DNA of 50,337 bases from a virus. The DNA lies in the IMG/VR virus record IMGVR_UViG_3300045988_027632; one strand, 5' to 3'. The position numbers and the translations under genes are program-made. The notes under the pieces are model-generated. The model saw only the letters and a program-made list of their open reading frames with translations, was not told where the DNA came from and did no database searches. Shown here piece by piece: positions 25,415 through 33,765 of the stretch. Each line of letters opens with the position of its first letter. The stretch's first letter is position 1.

Positions 25415-25826
25415 CCCCCGTGATCACCACCGAGACAGCACCGCCCAAATCCATCTTGTCACTGAACAGGGCGTAACGCTTGCCAATCAATTCAGCGGCC
25501 TTCAAGCGTTCCTTTGCAGAAACATCAATATCCGCTATGGTCTGAATACCATCACCGGCCAGCTTCAACACTTGTTCGGTATGTTGGCCCCGCATTACAG
25601 CGGTCAAGTATTCAAGAACTTCTTGGGCATCAGCAATCTTGGCAGAATGCAGTTTTTCAAGTTCAGCTTCAATGTACTGTTTCAAGTCAGGTTTTGCAAG
25701 GTTTTCTGAACCTGTCTGCTTTGCGGTCTTGGGCGAATACCCCGCTTTGATTGCCGCATCGGTGGCATTGCCGCTGATCAGGTATTCATCACAAAACTTC
25801 CGCTGTTTCGGTGTCAAGGTATTCAC
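25395..25826 (-). CDS. terS: Terminase small subunit
   Basis: 143 aa. N-terminus LTPKQRKFCDEYLISGNATDAAIKAGYSPKTAKQTGSENL is typical of TerS (HTH). The start may be TTG 25817, which has better RBS spacing. Confidence 0.85.
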   Translation of the reverse strand: MNTLTPKQRKFCDEYLISGNATDAAIKAGYSPKTAKQTGSENLAKPDLKQYIEAELEKLHSAKIADAQEVLEYLTAVMRGQHTEQVLKLAGDGIQTIADIDVSAKERLKAAELIGKRYALFSDKMDLGGAVSVVITGDDQLED

Positions 25827-25849
25827 CCCCTTTGAAAATCAAAAGAAAA

Positions 25850-25874
25850 GCGCCGAAGGTTCCCCCTCGGACGC
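25850..25874 (-). terminator. Leader hairpin plus T-run between a promoter-like element and terS (attenuator/terminator candidate)
   Basis: The - strand reads gcgtccgagg gggaa ccttcggcgc (imperfect stem, about 9 bp with bulges), followed by TTTTCTTTT (25841-25849). Confidence 0.45.
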
Positions 25875-25887
25875 TTTTTCACTTTAT

Positions 25888-25917
25888 ATAATAGCCGAAA
25901 AAATACTAAACTTTCAA
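25888..25917 (-). promoter_or_regulatory. Candidate late promoter (TTGAAA - 18 nt - TATTAT)
   Basis: -35 at 25912-25917 and -10 at 25888-25893 on the - strand, between the regulator stop and terS. Confidence 0.4.
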
Positions 25918-25926
25918 CAGGTGAAA

Positions 25927-26397
25927 CTAAACTTTACTCGGTTCTTTCAAGAAATCGGCATTTTCCTTGGCAAAAGCAAGTAAAGCCTTCCCGTGGATTT
26001 CAAAAAGCCATTGGGTGGTGTACTCAAATTCAGCGGCTAAATCCTCCCACTTTTTCAGTTGGATATAACGGCCTACAAGAACATTTTGCTGGTCAAGATC
26101 AGGAATCTTGCTGATCATGCTGAAGGCTTCCTTCTTCATGCCCACAAGTTCATCAATCCGGGTGTTAATATCTTCTTCAAGGGACATGATTTTGACAATC
26201 GTTTCCCCTAAAGTGTCTTTTGGCCCGGAAGTCTGAACCTTGTCCGATTTCAGTTCATAATTTTGGCTTGTCAAACTGGATCGAAGGGTATTCACCGTAT
26301 CTGTCAACCGCTGGATCAATCGGTCAGTTTTTCGGATTTGGGCAAAATATTCTTTAGCCCGCTGGGAAAGTTCCTTATCAGTCACTATGTAGCACAC
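25927..26397 (-). CDS. Putative late-gene transcriptional regulator (sigma region-4-like / DUF1492-ArpU-RinA-type)
   Basis: 156 aa. C-terminal HTH-like segment QNVLVGRYIQLKKWEDLAAEFEYTTQWLFEIHGKALLAF. Lies immediately upstream of the terminase genes. Confidence 0.5.
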   Translation of the reverse strand: MCYIVTDKELSQRAKEYFAQIRKTDRLIQRLTDTVNTLRSSLTSQNYELKSDKVQTSGPKDTLGETIVKIMSLEEDINTRIDELVGMKKEAFSMISKIPDLDQQNVLVGRYIQLKKWEDLAAEFEYTTQWLFEIHGKALLAFAKENADFLKEPSKV

Positions 26398-26502
26398 ATC
26401 CTTTCACAATCATGTTGAAGGGCCTTAAACCCGCATCATACAAGGGCTTCCGGGATTTCCTTCAACATTCAAGATCAAAACGGCATTCTTCATCATTTAT
26501 AA

Positions 26503-26570
26503 TTCTTCTTTCTATATATTTTTTTTCTTATATTTGATTTGAATATCTGTCACATCTTGAATGTTGAAGG
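26503..26570. repeat. 68-bp AT-rich perfect direct repeat, copy A
   Basis: ttcttctttctatatattttttttcttatatttgatttgaatatctgtcacatcttgaatgttgaagg, identical to 44711..44778. Confidence 0.9.
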
Positions 26571-26622
26571 TTTTTCCCAAAAGTCCAGTAAACACAAGGG
26601 TTTGAAGCCCTTCAACATCTAT

Positions 26623-26880
26623 TCAATATCGCCACTTCAACCCCAACTTTTGAAGGATTTCCACGGCCAGCACCTTCAACCGGGCTTTGAAAATCCACCA
26701 CGCCAATTTCCACCGCAACCACCGGGGGCAATCCATCGTAACGGTAAAGGAAACATCGGTCAGGATTGGGGGAAAGTCTGACGGCTCCACTTCCATTGAA
26801 ATTTTGATTTCATCAACTTCAGAAATAGGTTCCCCGTTGATATATAGGGTTCCTTTCCCGGCATCACTATTCGGCCCCAT
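26623..26880 (-). CDS. Hypothetical protein
   Basis: 85-aa ORF on the coding strand; overlaps its upstream neighbour by 14 nt. Confidence 0.5.
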   Translation of the reverse strand: MGPNSDAGKGTLYINGEPISEVDEIKISMEVEPSDFPPILTDVSFTVTMDCPRWLRWKLAWWIFKARLKVLAVEILQKLGLKWRY

Positions 26881-27058
26881 ATTCGCAAACCCTCACTTCC
26901 ACATCTTCAGGATGAACCTTTATTTTTTCAATTAGTTCGCCCAAGGTATCTTCCAAGGTAAGCTGATCATTATAGCGATAGTCCGCCACTTCTTGGGCAT
27001 CTTCACCCCATTCATTTGGCACATCAATAACGCCAGTAATAGTCACACTTAATATCAC
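26867..27058 (-). CDS. Hypothetical acidic small protein
   Basis: 63-aa ORF, translationally coupled on both sides. Confidence 0.5.
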   Translation of the reverse strand: MILSVTITGVIDVPNEWGEDAQEVADYRYNDQLTLEDTLGELIEKIKVHPEDVEVRVCEYGAE

Positions 27059-27261
27059 CGGTATTCCCTCCCGTTCCGTTTGTCCTTTAGTTCAATCCGG
27101 TTCAACAGTTCAAACCCGGCCAAGCGGATAATGTACTTCAGAACAAAGATCAGGTTATTCAACCGCCGTTGCTGTTCTTCATCCTCTCGAATGATAGGCT
27201 TCAACCCCTCATAGGCGGTGGGGTCGGAATAGCCTTCACTATTTTGCCAAGGTTTGGGCAT
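27055..27261 (-). CDS. Hypothetical protein
   Basis: 68 aa from the internal ATG 27261 (MPKPWQNSEGYSDPTAYEG..). The track ORF begins at 27306, inside the upstream gene. Confidence 0.45.
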   Translation of the reverse strand: MPKPWQNSEGYSDPTAYEGLKPIIREDEEQQRRLNNLIFVLKYIIRLAGFELLNRIELKDKRNGREYR

Positions 27262-27595
27262 TGGTTTCCCTCCATTCCTGATACCATGCTTCCACATCAC
27301 AGCCAATTTCCTTCAGCTTTTGGCGGGAAATCCAAGGTTCATCCCCTTCATCAAGAAGGTAATATTCCCGCAACTTCTGACTTTCGGAATAGAACAGTTC
27401 CCAAGCTCGTTTCAGTCGCTTGGGGCCAAAGCCAAATTCCGTGTGAAGCATCCACAGGATCATGCTTTCTTTGTCCATATCGAAGCGGTGATCATTTTCG
27501 ACAATCTGCCTTTTGATTTCCTGATCCAAAGCCTTCTGTTCAGCCTTATTCAACGAAACCCCAAAGATACTGCCGCCAGCTTTCTTAAAATACAT
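27239..27595 (-). CDS. Hypothetical protein
   Basis: 118 aa from ATG 27595. The track start 27619 overlaps the thyX end more deeply. Confidence 0.5.
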   Translation of the reverse strand: MYFKKAGGSIFGVSLNKAEQKALDQEIKRQIVENDHRFDMDKESMILWMLHTEFGFGPKRLKRAWELFYSESQKLREYYLLDEGDEPWISRQKLKEIGCDVEAWYQEWRETNAQTLAK

Positions 27596-28223
27596 GGTAT
27601 TCACTCCAAATATCATCAAAGCAAACCGGGATCAGGTCATGAACCTTTTCCAACAGGATCAGGGCCACTTCCCGCATTTGCGGGTGTGCGGCGGGGGAAC
27701 AGCGAAGTTTCAGGAAATGCCGCCACTCTCGAATGTTGGCGGTCATAACCACTTCAGTTTTCAAGCTGTTGGGCAGAACTGACCGGGCTTCCTGCGGCGT
27801 GGCTCCCTGCTCCAAAAGAAGGAAATAGCTTTCTTCAGCCGCTTCACAGCCATCTCGCCAAATTACCCAAGGGCGGGAAAAGGTTTCCCAAAAACACGGT
27901 TCAATTACAGTGATTTCAGAACCAAAGCCTTCCTTGCTGTAATTGCAATACCGGGTGCTTTCCTGACAGTAGGAAGCCAGCCGGTGACGCACAAGTTCAT
28001 GGGAAACCCCACGATCACAAATGAACTTCACCGTGAAGGAACAGTGTTCAAGAACTGCTTCATGGCCCCGCTTGATGATACCAGCCACAAAAGCCGGGGC
28101 GCTGGTGTCAGTGATCTTGGCTTCAGACTTATAGCAAACCCGCCCACACTGTTCAAGGCGCTTCAGGATTGCGGCCCCATCAACCGGGGTAATAAATTCC
28201 ACATTGGCATTGATAATTTTCAT
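27585..28223 (-). CDS. thyX: FAD-dependent thymidylate synthase ThyX
   Basis: 212 aa with the ThyX signature RHRxxSxxxxSxR, seen as RHRLASYCQESTRY. Confidence 0.9.
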   Translation of the reverse strand: MKIINANVEFITPVDGAAILKRLEQCGRVCYKSEAKITDTSAPAFVAGIIKRGHEAVLEHCSFTVKFICDRGVSHELVRHRLASYCQESTRYCNYSKEGFGSEITVIEPCFWETFSRPWVIWRDGCEAAEESYFLLLEQGATPQEARSVLPNSLKTEVVMTANIREWRHFLKLRCSPAAHPQMREVALILLEKVHDLIPVCFDDIWSEYHVF

Positions 28224-28229
28224 AGCGGG

Positions 28230-28571
28230 TCAACCTCCAATATCATTTCGGTGTTGTGAACGGTAAGGATCAAACCCTTCCGGGTATCTCTTTTCCAGCT
28301 TTATCAGGTTTTCTTCCATCACGGTATGAAGATCGGAACCAATGGCATCACACAGAACGGCCAAATACCATGCCACATCACCAAGTTCTTCAATCATGTG
28401 GCGCTTGTCCAGCGTGTGGCCGTGGAAATAGTGCTTTTTCACCTGTTCGGCAACCTCCCCGGCTTCACCGCAAAGGCCCAACGCACATTCCAGCTTCAAT
28501 TTATCCTTGTCGGAACGGTCAGCGGTTCGCAATGCGTCCCGCATATACCTATTTGCATTCATCCGAAACAC
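28230..28571 (-). CDS. MazG-like nucleoside triphosphate pyrophosphohydrolase
   Basis: 113 aa. EXXE-type metal motifs LCGEAGEVAEQ and EELGDVAWY. Confidence 0.8.
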   Translation of the reverse strand: MFRMNANRYMRDALRTADRSDKDKLKLECALGLCGEAGEVAEQVKKHYFHGHTLDKRHMIEELGDVAWYLAVLCDAIGSDLHTVMEENLIKLEKRYPEGFDPYRSQHRNDIGG

Positions 28572-28761
28572 CTTCTTTCAGCTTTTCTTTTGTCCATTCC
28601 AAATACATCAGGGCATCAATCAATTCTTCCTGAATGTATTCAATCCGTTGAACGGCGTTTGGGGCGCTGAATTGTTCCAGCCCTTGGCCGTAGGTGGAAA
28701 TTCCCTTTGTTCTCTGCCGGTCAGCCATTTCAGTAATCCGATCCCAATAGGGGTTTCCCAT
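28549..28761 (-). CDS. Hypothetical helical protein (possibly a second MazG-like fragment)
   Basis: 70 aa. The ..IEYIQEELIDALMYLEW.. segment is weakly MazG-like. Confidence 0.45.
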   Translation of the reverse strand: MGNPYWDRITEMADRQRTKGISTYGQGLEQFSAPNAVQRIEYIQEELIDALMYLEWTKEKLKEGVSDECK

Positions 28762-28852
28762 TCAATCACCAGCCTTTCAGTTAAACCACTTTATCACCGG
28801 ATCACCGGTGAAACCCTTTTCCCACACATACCACGCATAGGCAATGGCGCTT

Positions 28853-29362
28853 TCAGGCTTGGCGCTCATATCCCCGTTTTTGTAGCAAGCCAACCGGGAA
28901 CGGGATATGTAAACGGTTCGGGGGGGGGGGGTCTTTGAAAAAGGCTCCCCGCTTTTGCCCCTCCAAGAACTGAACCTTCAGGAACATTGCCACTTTCCCA
29001 CCGGGACGGACGCTTTCAAGCGCCCTTTGAACAAATTCAAGCCCCGCTGAATATGGGGGATTGGTGATAATATCGCCTTCAAACCCTTCCAAGGTTTCCT
29101 TCAGGAAGTCCAGCGGTTCAGGATCACCAAACCCCCGGTAAACAAGATCGGTGCTGATCACTTTGTAGCCGTGGGCCTGAAGAACTTTGGAAATATGGCC
29201 TTCACCACAGGCCGGTTCCCAAATCACCGGGGCAAACTGTTCCAGTTCCAACAGCATTTCCACGGCTTTTGGGTCTGTGGCGTAGTAGTCAAAGGCTTCC
29301 CGTTCTTCAGGCACATGGTTTGAACTCCCAAGGGTGGTGAACACCTTCTTTGAAGCGGCCAT
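28853..29362 (-). CDS. N6-adenine-type DNA methyltransferase (NPPY), C-terminus out of frame after a G12/C12 tract
   Basis: EPACGEGHI (AdoMet-binding motif I-like) and IITNPPYS (motif IV). After ..FFKDPPPP the frame yields 25 unrelated residues. With 11 Cs the ORF continues to 28777 with a conserved-looking tail (..AIAYAWYVWEKGFTGDPVIKWFN*). Confidence 0.8.
   Translation of the reverse strand: MAASKKVFTTLGSSNHVPEEREAFDYYATDPKAVEMLLELEQFAPVIWEPACGEGHISKVLQAHGYKVISTDLVYRGFGDPEPLDFLKETLEGFEGDIITNPPYSAGLEFVQRALESVRPGGKVAMFLKVQFLEGQKRGAFFKDPPPPNRLHIPFPVGLLQKRGYERQA
28920..28931. repeat. G12 homopolymer (C12 on the coding strand) inside the methyltransferase gene
   Basis: Counted directly: g28920 to g28931. 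Confidence 0.9.
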
Positions 29363-31269
29363 TATGAATCACCATCCTTTCCAGACACAAACACCCGGCA
29401 TTTCCCAAGGCGACTGATCCACTTATCAACAATAATGAACCCACAGCGTTTGGTGATTTGCCGTGAAAATTCGATATTGGAAAGTGCCTGAAAGTTATTG
29501 GAAATGCAGTATTCTTTGTATTTTCGATAAACTGTCTTTGTGGGTTCATTTTCAATCCCTTCAAGGCCAACTTCCTTGATGAAACCAATAATGGGGTTGT
29601 TGTTCTGTTCGTATTCGTCCAACTGTCCCTGAACTCTGCTGGAAGTGGTGAATTGGGCATTCATCAGAACCCGGCGCAATGCCTTCAGGCCCAAAAGAAT
29701 CAGATATTCCATTGAATCCTGTTCACAAAGTTCATCTTTGATGAATGGACGAAAGTCAGGATCATTTGGGGTGAATTTGGCATCAAAGGGGACAATCACA
29801 AGCCGCCTTTGAACGGCTCCGGTTTTATCCTTCATGCGGGGAATGTTGTTGGCGCTGAATAAGAACTTGGCGTAGTTGTTGAACTCGAAGGGGTCTTGTC
29901 CTTTCCGCTCCACATTCACCCGATCACCTGTAACCAGCTTTTTGAACACTGACGCATTGGCAATGAATTCATCCCCAATATCATCACCGATGTTCGCCAG
30001 CTTCCCGAACAGTTCAGCGGTTTTGAACCTGTCCCCAAGTTCTTTCAGGTCAAGGGAAGCAATATTCCGATCCCCCAACATATTTTTGACCACATGAAGG
30101 AAGGTAGATTTGCCGTTGCTCTTATCGCCAATCAGAATGAAGGCTTTACCAAGTTCATTGCGCCGGTAAAGGCAATACCCCACCATTTCTTCCAGCAAGG
30201 CCCGAACTTCAGAATCATTACAGGCCAGCCGGTCAAGAGTGTGATCCAGCAATTCAGAATAGGCGGCGGGGTTATAGGGCCACGGAATCTTATTGGTGAT
30301 CACGATTTCCGGGGTGAAGTCAGTAAAGGAACCATCCCGGATATTGAACAGGCCATTGCTGAAAGCAATGATGTTCGGGTTGGTGGCCTTGGTTTCGCCC
30401 TCTGTTTGAAACATAACTTCCAAATAGGCCAAGACTTCTGACCGGTGCGCCCGCTTCAGGTTCGGAATATGCTTGATCATTTGGGCTTCAATTTCCATAG
30501 CACCGGGAACATAGATACCATCCCGGTAAATGTGAAGCTGGTTATTGATCTTCACAATATGGTTGTTGTTCTTCAGGTACACCGCAAACTTATCAAACAG
30601 GAAGGTTTTATCTTTGAAGAAAATGGGCTTTTTGAAGGCTTCATCCCGAAGAATCGTTTCAAGTTCCCTATCTGAAAGGGGTTCATCCAGCACATAGCGA
30701 TTGATCAGCCGGATAGTTTCACGGGCTTCTTCCTTGGTGAAATCCTCGCTTTGAAGGGTCAGAATATAGTTGAACAAGGCTTGGTTTCGCCCGTCCCCGG
30801 CTCTCATATCCAAGAACTTCATGCTGGTTTTTACAGGGGTCAACCATTTGGGAAGGTCTTGAATTTCATCTTCCGGCCAATCGTACAGAATGGGCCGTTC
30901 AACACCTTGGAACTTCAAAACCGAATAGCTGTTATTCCTGCCCACCTTGGCATCTGACACAATCCCAAGGGCCAAGGTCTGTTTTGTCCAGCTTTTTTCC
31001 ACCAGCCCTTCCGGGTTACGGAACAAGAAGTGTTTTCCCCGTGTGGTCTTATACACCCGGCATTTCAAGGAAAGGTCTTTGACGATTTGGAACAGAAGAT
31101 CACTGGTTTCCCCATCGTCCACATCAATCAAAATGGTTTCTTCCCCAAGAATTCCGGCGTATTCGTCAAGGTCTTGAACATCTTCAAGGCGGTTCAACCG
31201 TTTCCGCCCTTTGAACCGTTCAAGGCATTGTTTGTCTTTGGTTGGAACATAGCCCCGGAACAGTTGCAT
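29362..31269 (-). CDS. Primase-helicase (prim-pol N-terminus + D5/P4-type SF3 helicase)
   Basis: 635 aa. ILIDVDD acidic motif near the N-terminus. Walker A GDKSNGKST. Downstream ..VTGDRVNVERKGQDPFEF.. and ..RRLVIVPF.. are typical of P4-family primases. Confidence 0.8.
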   Translation of the reverse strand: MQLFRGYVPTKDKQCLERFKGRKRLNRLEDVQDLDEYAGILGEETILIDVDDGETSDLLFQIVKDLSLKCRVYKTTRGKHFLFRNPEGLVEKSWTKQTLALGIVSDAKVGRNNSYSVLKFQGVERPILYDWPEDEIQDLPKWLTPVKTSMKFLDMRAGDGRNQALFNYILTLQSEDFTKEEARETIRLINRYVLDEPLSDRELETILRDEAFKKPIFFKDKTFLFDKFAVYLKNNNHIVKINNQLHIYRDGIYVPGAMEIEAQMIKHIPNLKRAHRSEVLAYLEVMFQTEGETKATNPNIIAFSNGLFNIRDGSFTDFTPEIVITNKIPWPYNPAAYSELLDHTLDRLACNDSEVRALLEEMVGYCLYRRNELGKAFILIGDKSNGKSTFLHVVKNMLGDRNIASLDLKELGDRFKTAELFGKLANIGDDIGDEFIANASVFKKLVTGDRVNVERKGQDPFEFNNYAKFLFSANNIPRMKDKTGAVQRRLVIVPFDAKFTPNDPDFRPFIKDELCEQDSMEYLILLGLKALRRVLMNAQFTTSSRVQGQLDEYEQNNNPIIGFIKEVGLEGIENEPTKTVYRKYKEYCISNNFQALSNIEFSRQITKRCGFIIVDKWISRLGKCRVFVSGKDGDS

Positions 31270-31272
31270 TGC

Positions 31273-33090
31273 TCAAATCCCCCCCCCTTCTTTGTCAACT
31301 CCAAAATCGGCTAAACGGCTCCAAGCCGTATCAATGTAATATTGCTTGTCCAGTTCGTCAGGAATAGGAAGGCCGGTCACATCGTCATTGATAAAGAAGC
31401 AATGTTCCGGGGTGTTGGCAAACTGCTCCGGGTTCTTCTGCCGCCCTTTGACCACCTTCCCGGAAACTTTGAACAAGCCCCCTTTGGAATGATCCTTGGA
31501 CGCAAACACCCGGAAGGTTTTATCTGTCTGAACTTCACCGCCCCTGAACCTTTTCACAGTCTTTGAACGGCCCTTTTCATCCCTGATTTTCTCCATCGTG
31601 ATCACCGGGGAATAAAGCGCATATTTGTATTTGCTGGAAACCTTCACCACCTTCTGAAAATCTCGAAGGGAGTTGCAATTTCCAATGGTTTCTTCCGGCT
31701 TGGTGCCATACAGGAAGAAAGAAATAATGGCTTGATTGACAATGGGCAAATCATAATCAAGATCGGACAGTTTTTTTACATAGGCCCCCTTGCATTTCCA
31801 GCGGGGCTTCCCCTTTTCGTCCAGCAACGGGCCAGCGGGAACAATCAGATAGTTGTTCACATCTTTCTGAAAAACCTTCTGAAATTCATCAAATTCCAGT
31901 CGCATTCCGGTTCGTTCTTCCCACTCCCAACAAATATCATCAATCAAATCAAAATCTTCATAGCGCCGCAATTTGATCAAGATACCATCGGTATTGCTTT
32001 GGATAATGTCACAGTGATCTTCCAGCCGCTCTATCAGGTCAAGCAAAAGAAGCTGACCGCCAACACACACATTGTTTGCTTGCCGGGGATCATACATGGC
32101 ATTGTGGCGATCCTTCATGGCTCCATAGGTGCTGTTCAGAACGATTTTATAAGGTTGTTGCATGGGGTTCTTTTCCGCCTTCAGCTTCAGGCGGGTGTGG
32201 TAGATTTCATCATACTTGGTCGGGTCTGCAACATTCCGGCTGATCCACCCATACCGCAACATTAAGGAAGGGTAATAGGACGCCACATCAACATTGATAT
32301 ACCATCCTTCCCCAAAATACTTGGGAATGGCCCCGTGAAGCCCACCCCAAGCGAATACATGGGGAACACCGGCCACATCAATTTCAAGAGATTTGGAATA
32401 GTCCCGGTTCAGCGGATTTTTATACCAGTTCAAAACCTCTGTATAGCGTTCAATCCGCAAGGTGTCAGGAAATTCAATTTCAAATTCATCATTATGATCC
32501 CGCTGAATGGCTCCAAGGATTTTGGCCGAAAGCTGGGCTTTGGTTCGGCCAATATCGGATATGGGAAGGTTGAAGGTTTTCACAAGTGACATTTGGGCAT
32601 CGAATTCATCAGCCTTGCGCCGCAACCACACTTCCACGGTTTCTTCCACATCATGGCGGCAATATTTGACAGTTTCGGCCAGTTCTTCTTCCGTCAAGGG
32701 CCGGTTAATATCGAAGGGAACCGTGGTTTCTTTGATGGAATGCCCCATGAAGGCTTCCAGCGCCTTTAAGCTGATAGGTGGATTGGGCATCACATCATAG
32801 TTGATCAGGGGGAAGTTCCTGAACAGGCTGGAAAATCTGTAACCGGGCTTATCCTGCAAAATGATCCAGTCGTTCACCTGTTTGGGGTTGAACCCGCACA
32901 AGATACCTTTCAAAATGTACTGGTCATAGTTGCGGCTATTGTAACCGGCCCAAATCGTCCCTTTCTGCTTCTCATAGAAGCCTTTCAATTTTTCAGGGTC
33001 ATTGATGATCACGGTTTCCTCTTTGGCGTTCAGGTCGATCAGAACAACCAGCCAATCATAAGCGAAAACCTCAAAGTCATAGAAGATCAT
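31273..33090 (-). CDS. Family-B DNA polymerase with 3'-5' exonuclease
   Basis: ExoI FYDFEVF, ExoII NSRNYDQYIL, ExoIII YCRHDVE, motif A DVASYYPS, motif B KIVLNSTYG, motif C SNTDGI. ATG 33090 preferred; the track ORF starts at GTG 33144. Confidence 0.9.
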   Translation of the reverse strand: MIFYDFEVFAYDWLVVLIDLNAKEETVIINDPEKLKGFYEKQKGTIWAGYNSRNYDQYILKGILCGFNPKQVNDWIILQDKPGYRFSSLFRNFPLINYDVMPNPPISLKALEAFMGHSIKETTVPFDINRPLTEEELAETVKYCRHDVEETVEVWLRRKADEFDAQMSLVKTFNLPISDIGRTKAQLSAKILGAIQRDHNDEFEIEFPDTLRIERYTEVLNWYKNPLNRDYSKSLEIDVAGVPHVFAWGGLHGAIPKYFGEGWYINVDVASYYPSLMLRYGWISRNVADPTKYDEIYHTRLKLKAEKNPMQQPYKIVLNSTYGAMKDRHNAMYDPRQANNVCVGGQLLLLDLIERLEDHCDIIQSNTDGILIKLRRYEDFDLIDDICWEWEERTGMRLEFDEFQKVFQKDVNNYLIVPAGPLLDEKGKPRWKCKGAYVKKLSDLDYDLPIVNQAIISFFLYGTKPEETIGNCNSLRDFQKVVKVSSKYKYALYSPVITMEKIRDEKGRSKTVKRFRGGEVQTDKTFRVFASKDHSKGGLFKVSGKVVKGRQKNPEQFANTPEHCFFINDDVTGLPIPDELDKQYYIDTAWSRLADFGVDKEGGGI

Positions 33091-33224
33091 CGTGTCACCC
33101 ACTTTCTGAAATTCTTGGTGAATTGGTGAAAACAGCCCCGCCACGGGAAGGCTTCACCTTGGGGCCAACCGGGGCGCTTGCCCCGGCATTTTTGAAAGTT
33201 AAGGTTCAAATTTTTTACTTTGTT

Positions 33225-33243
33225 TGTAGACTTTTTGCCTACA
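33225..33243. promoter_or_regulatory. 19-bp operator-like quasi-palindrome TGTAGAC-N5-GCCTACA (site 1)
   Basis: tgtagactttttgcctaca; starts 3 nt downstream of the candidate -10 of the polymerase-operon promoter. Confidence 0.55.
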
Positions 33244-33246
33244 TTC

Positions 33247-33275
33247 ATTGTAAAAAAATTTGCGCTGGTTTTCAA
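33247..33275 (-). promoter_or_regulatory. Candidate promoter for the polymerase operon (TTGAAA - 17 nt - TACAAT)
   Basis: -35 at 33270-33275 and -10 at 33247-33252 on the - strand. Confidence 0.5.
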
Positions 33276-33739
33276 TCCTCAACTTCAAAAACTTCATCAA
33301 TGGAAACGGAATTGAAGCGGGTATCATCGTAATCAACCGCATACTCCAACTTACCATCAATGGCTTCCGCCACATCAAGCACCAACTGACGGAAAGGCTC
33401 ATAGCCGTTGAAGCTGATAGGAACACCGGAATCCAGCTTTTCAAGGAACCCGATTGCGGAAGCAATCATGTTCTTGTCGTTCTTGGTGCCGTACAGAACC
33501 CGGTTCATAAAAATCCGCTGGTTCTTGTACTCACCGGACAGAATCTTGAAAGACACAGACAGCATAGGACGGCCATCAGCCTTGGTGCCTTTAACCTCCA
33601 AGGTTTCCACCCTCACTTCATACTTGCCAGCGGGAATGGTGGGGAAATCCCCGCCGCCGTTCTTCTTGGCTTCCTCCACATCGGCCTGAAGGCCCTTCAG
33701 ATCAACGGTTTTATCAATCTTGGAAAAATCGAGTGCCAT
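33272..33739 (-). CDS. DUF669-like protein (phage ssDNA-binding-type protein that co-occurs with AAA_24 ATPases)
   Basis: 155 aa. ..IPAGKYEVRVETLEVKGTKADGRPMLSVSFKILSGEYKNQRIF.. matches my recollection of DUF669. Confidence 0.6.
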   Translation of the reverse strand: MALDFSKIDKTVDLKGLQADVEEAKKNGGGDFPTIPAGKYEVRVETLEVKGTKADGRPMLSVSFKILSGEYKNQRIFMNRVLYGTKNDKNMIASAIGFLEKLDSGVPISFNGYEPFRQLVLDVAEAIDGKLEYAVDYDDTRFNSVSIDEVFEVED

Positions 33740-33765
33740 AGTTTTTTACCTCCAAAATGTAATTT

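Noticed and set aside
5477-25423. Very long + strand ORFs antisense to structural genes (5477..7186, 11508..13373, 14805..16235, 18142..19377, 20196..21455, 22375..23481, 24077..25423; also 34611..36107)
   Set aside because: They are shadow ORFs opposite recognisable - strand genes (fibre, tape measure, sheath, capsid, MuF, portal, TerL, nuclease-ATPase). Their translations are low-complexity (Gly/Val/Ile/His-rich) with no recognisable motifs.
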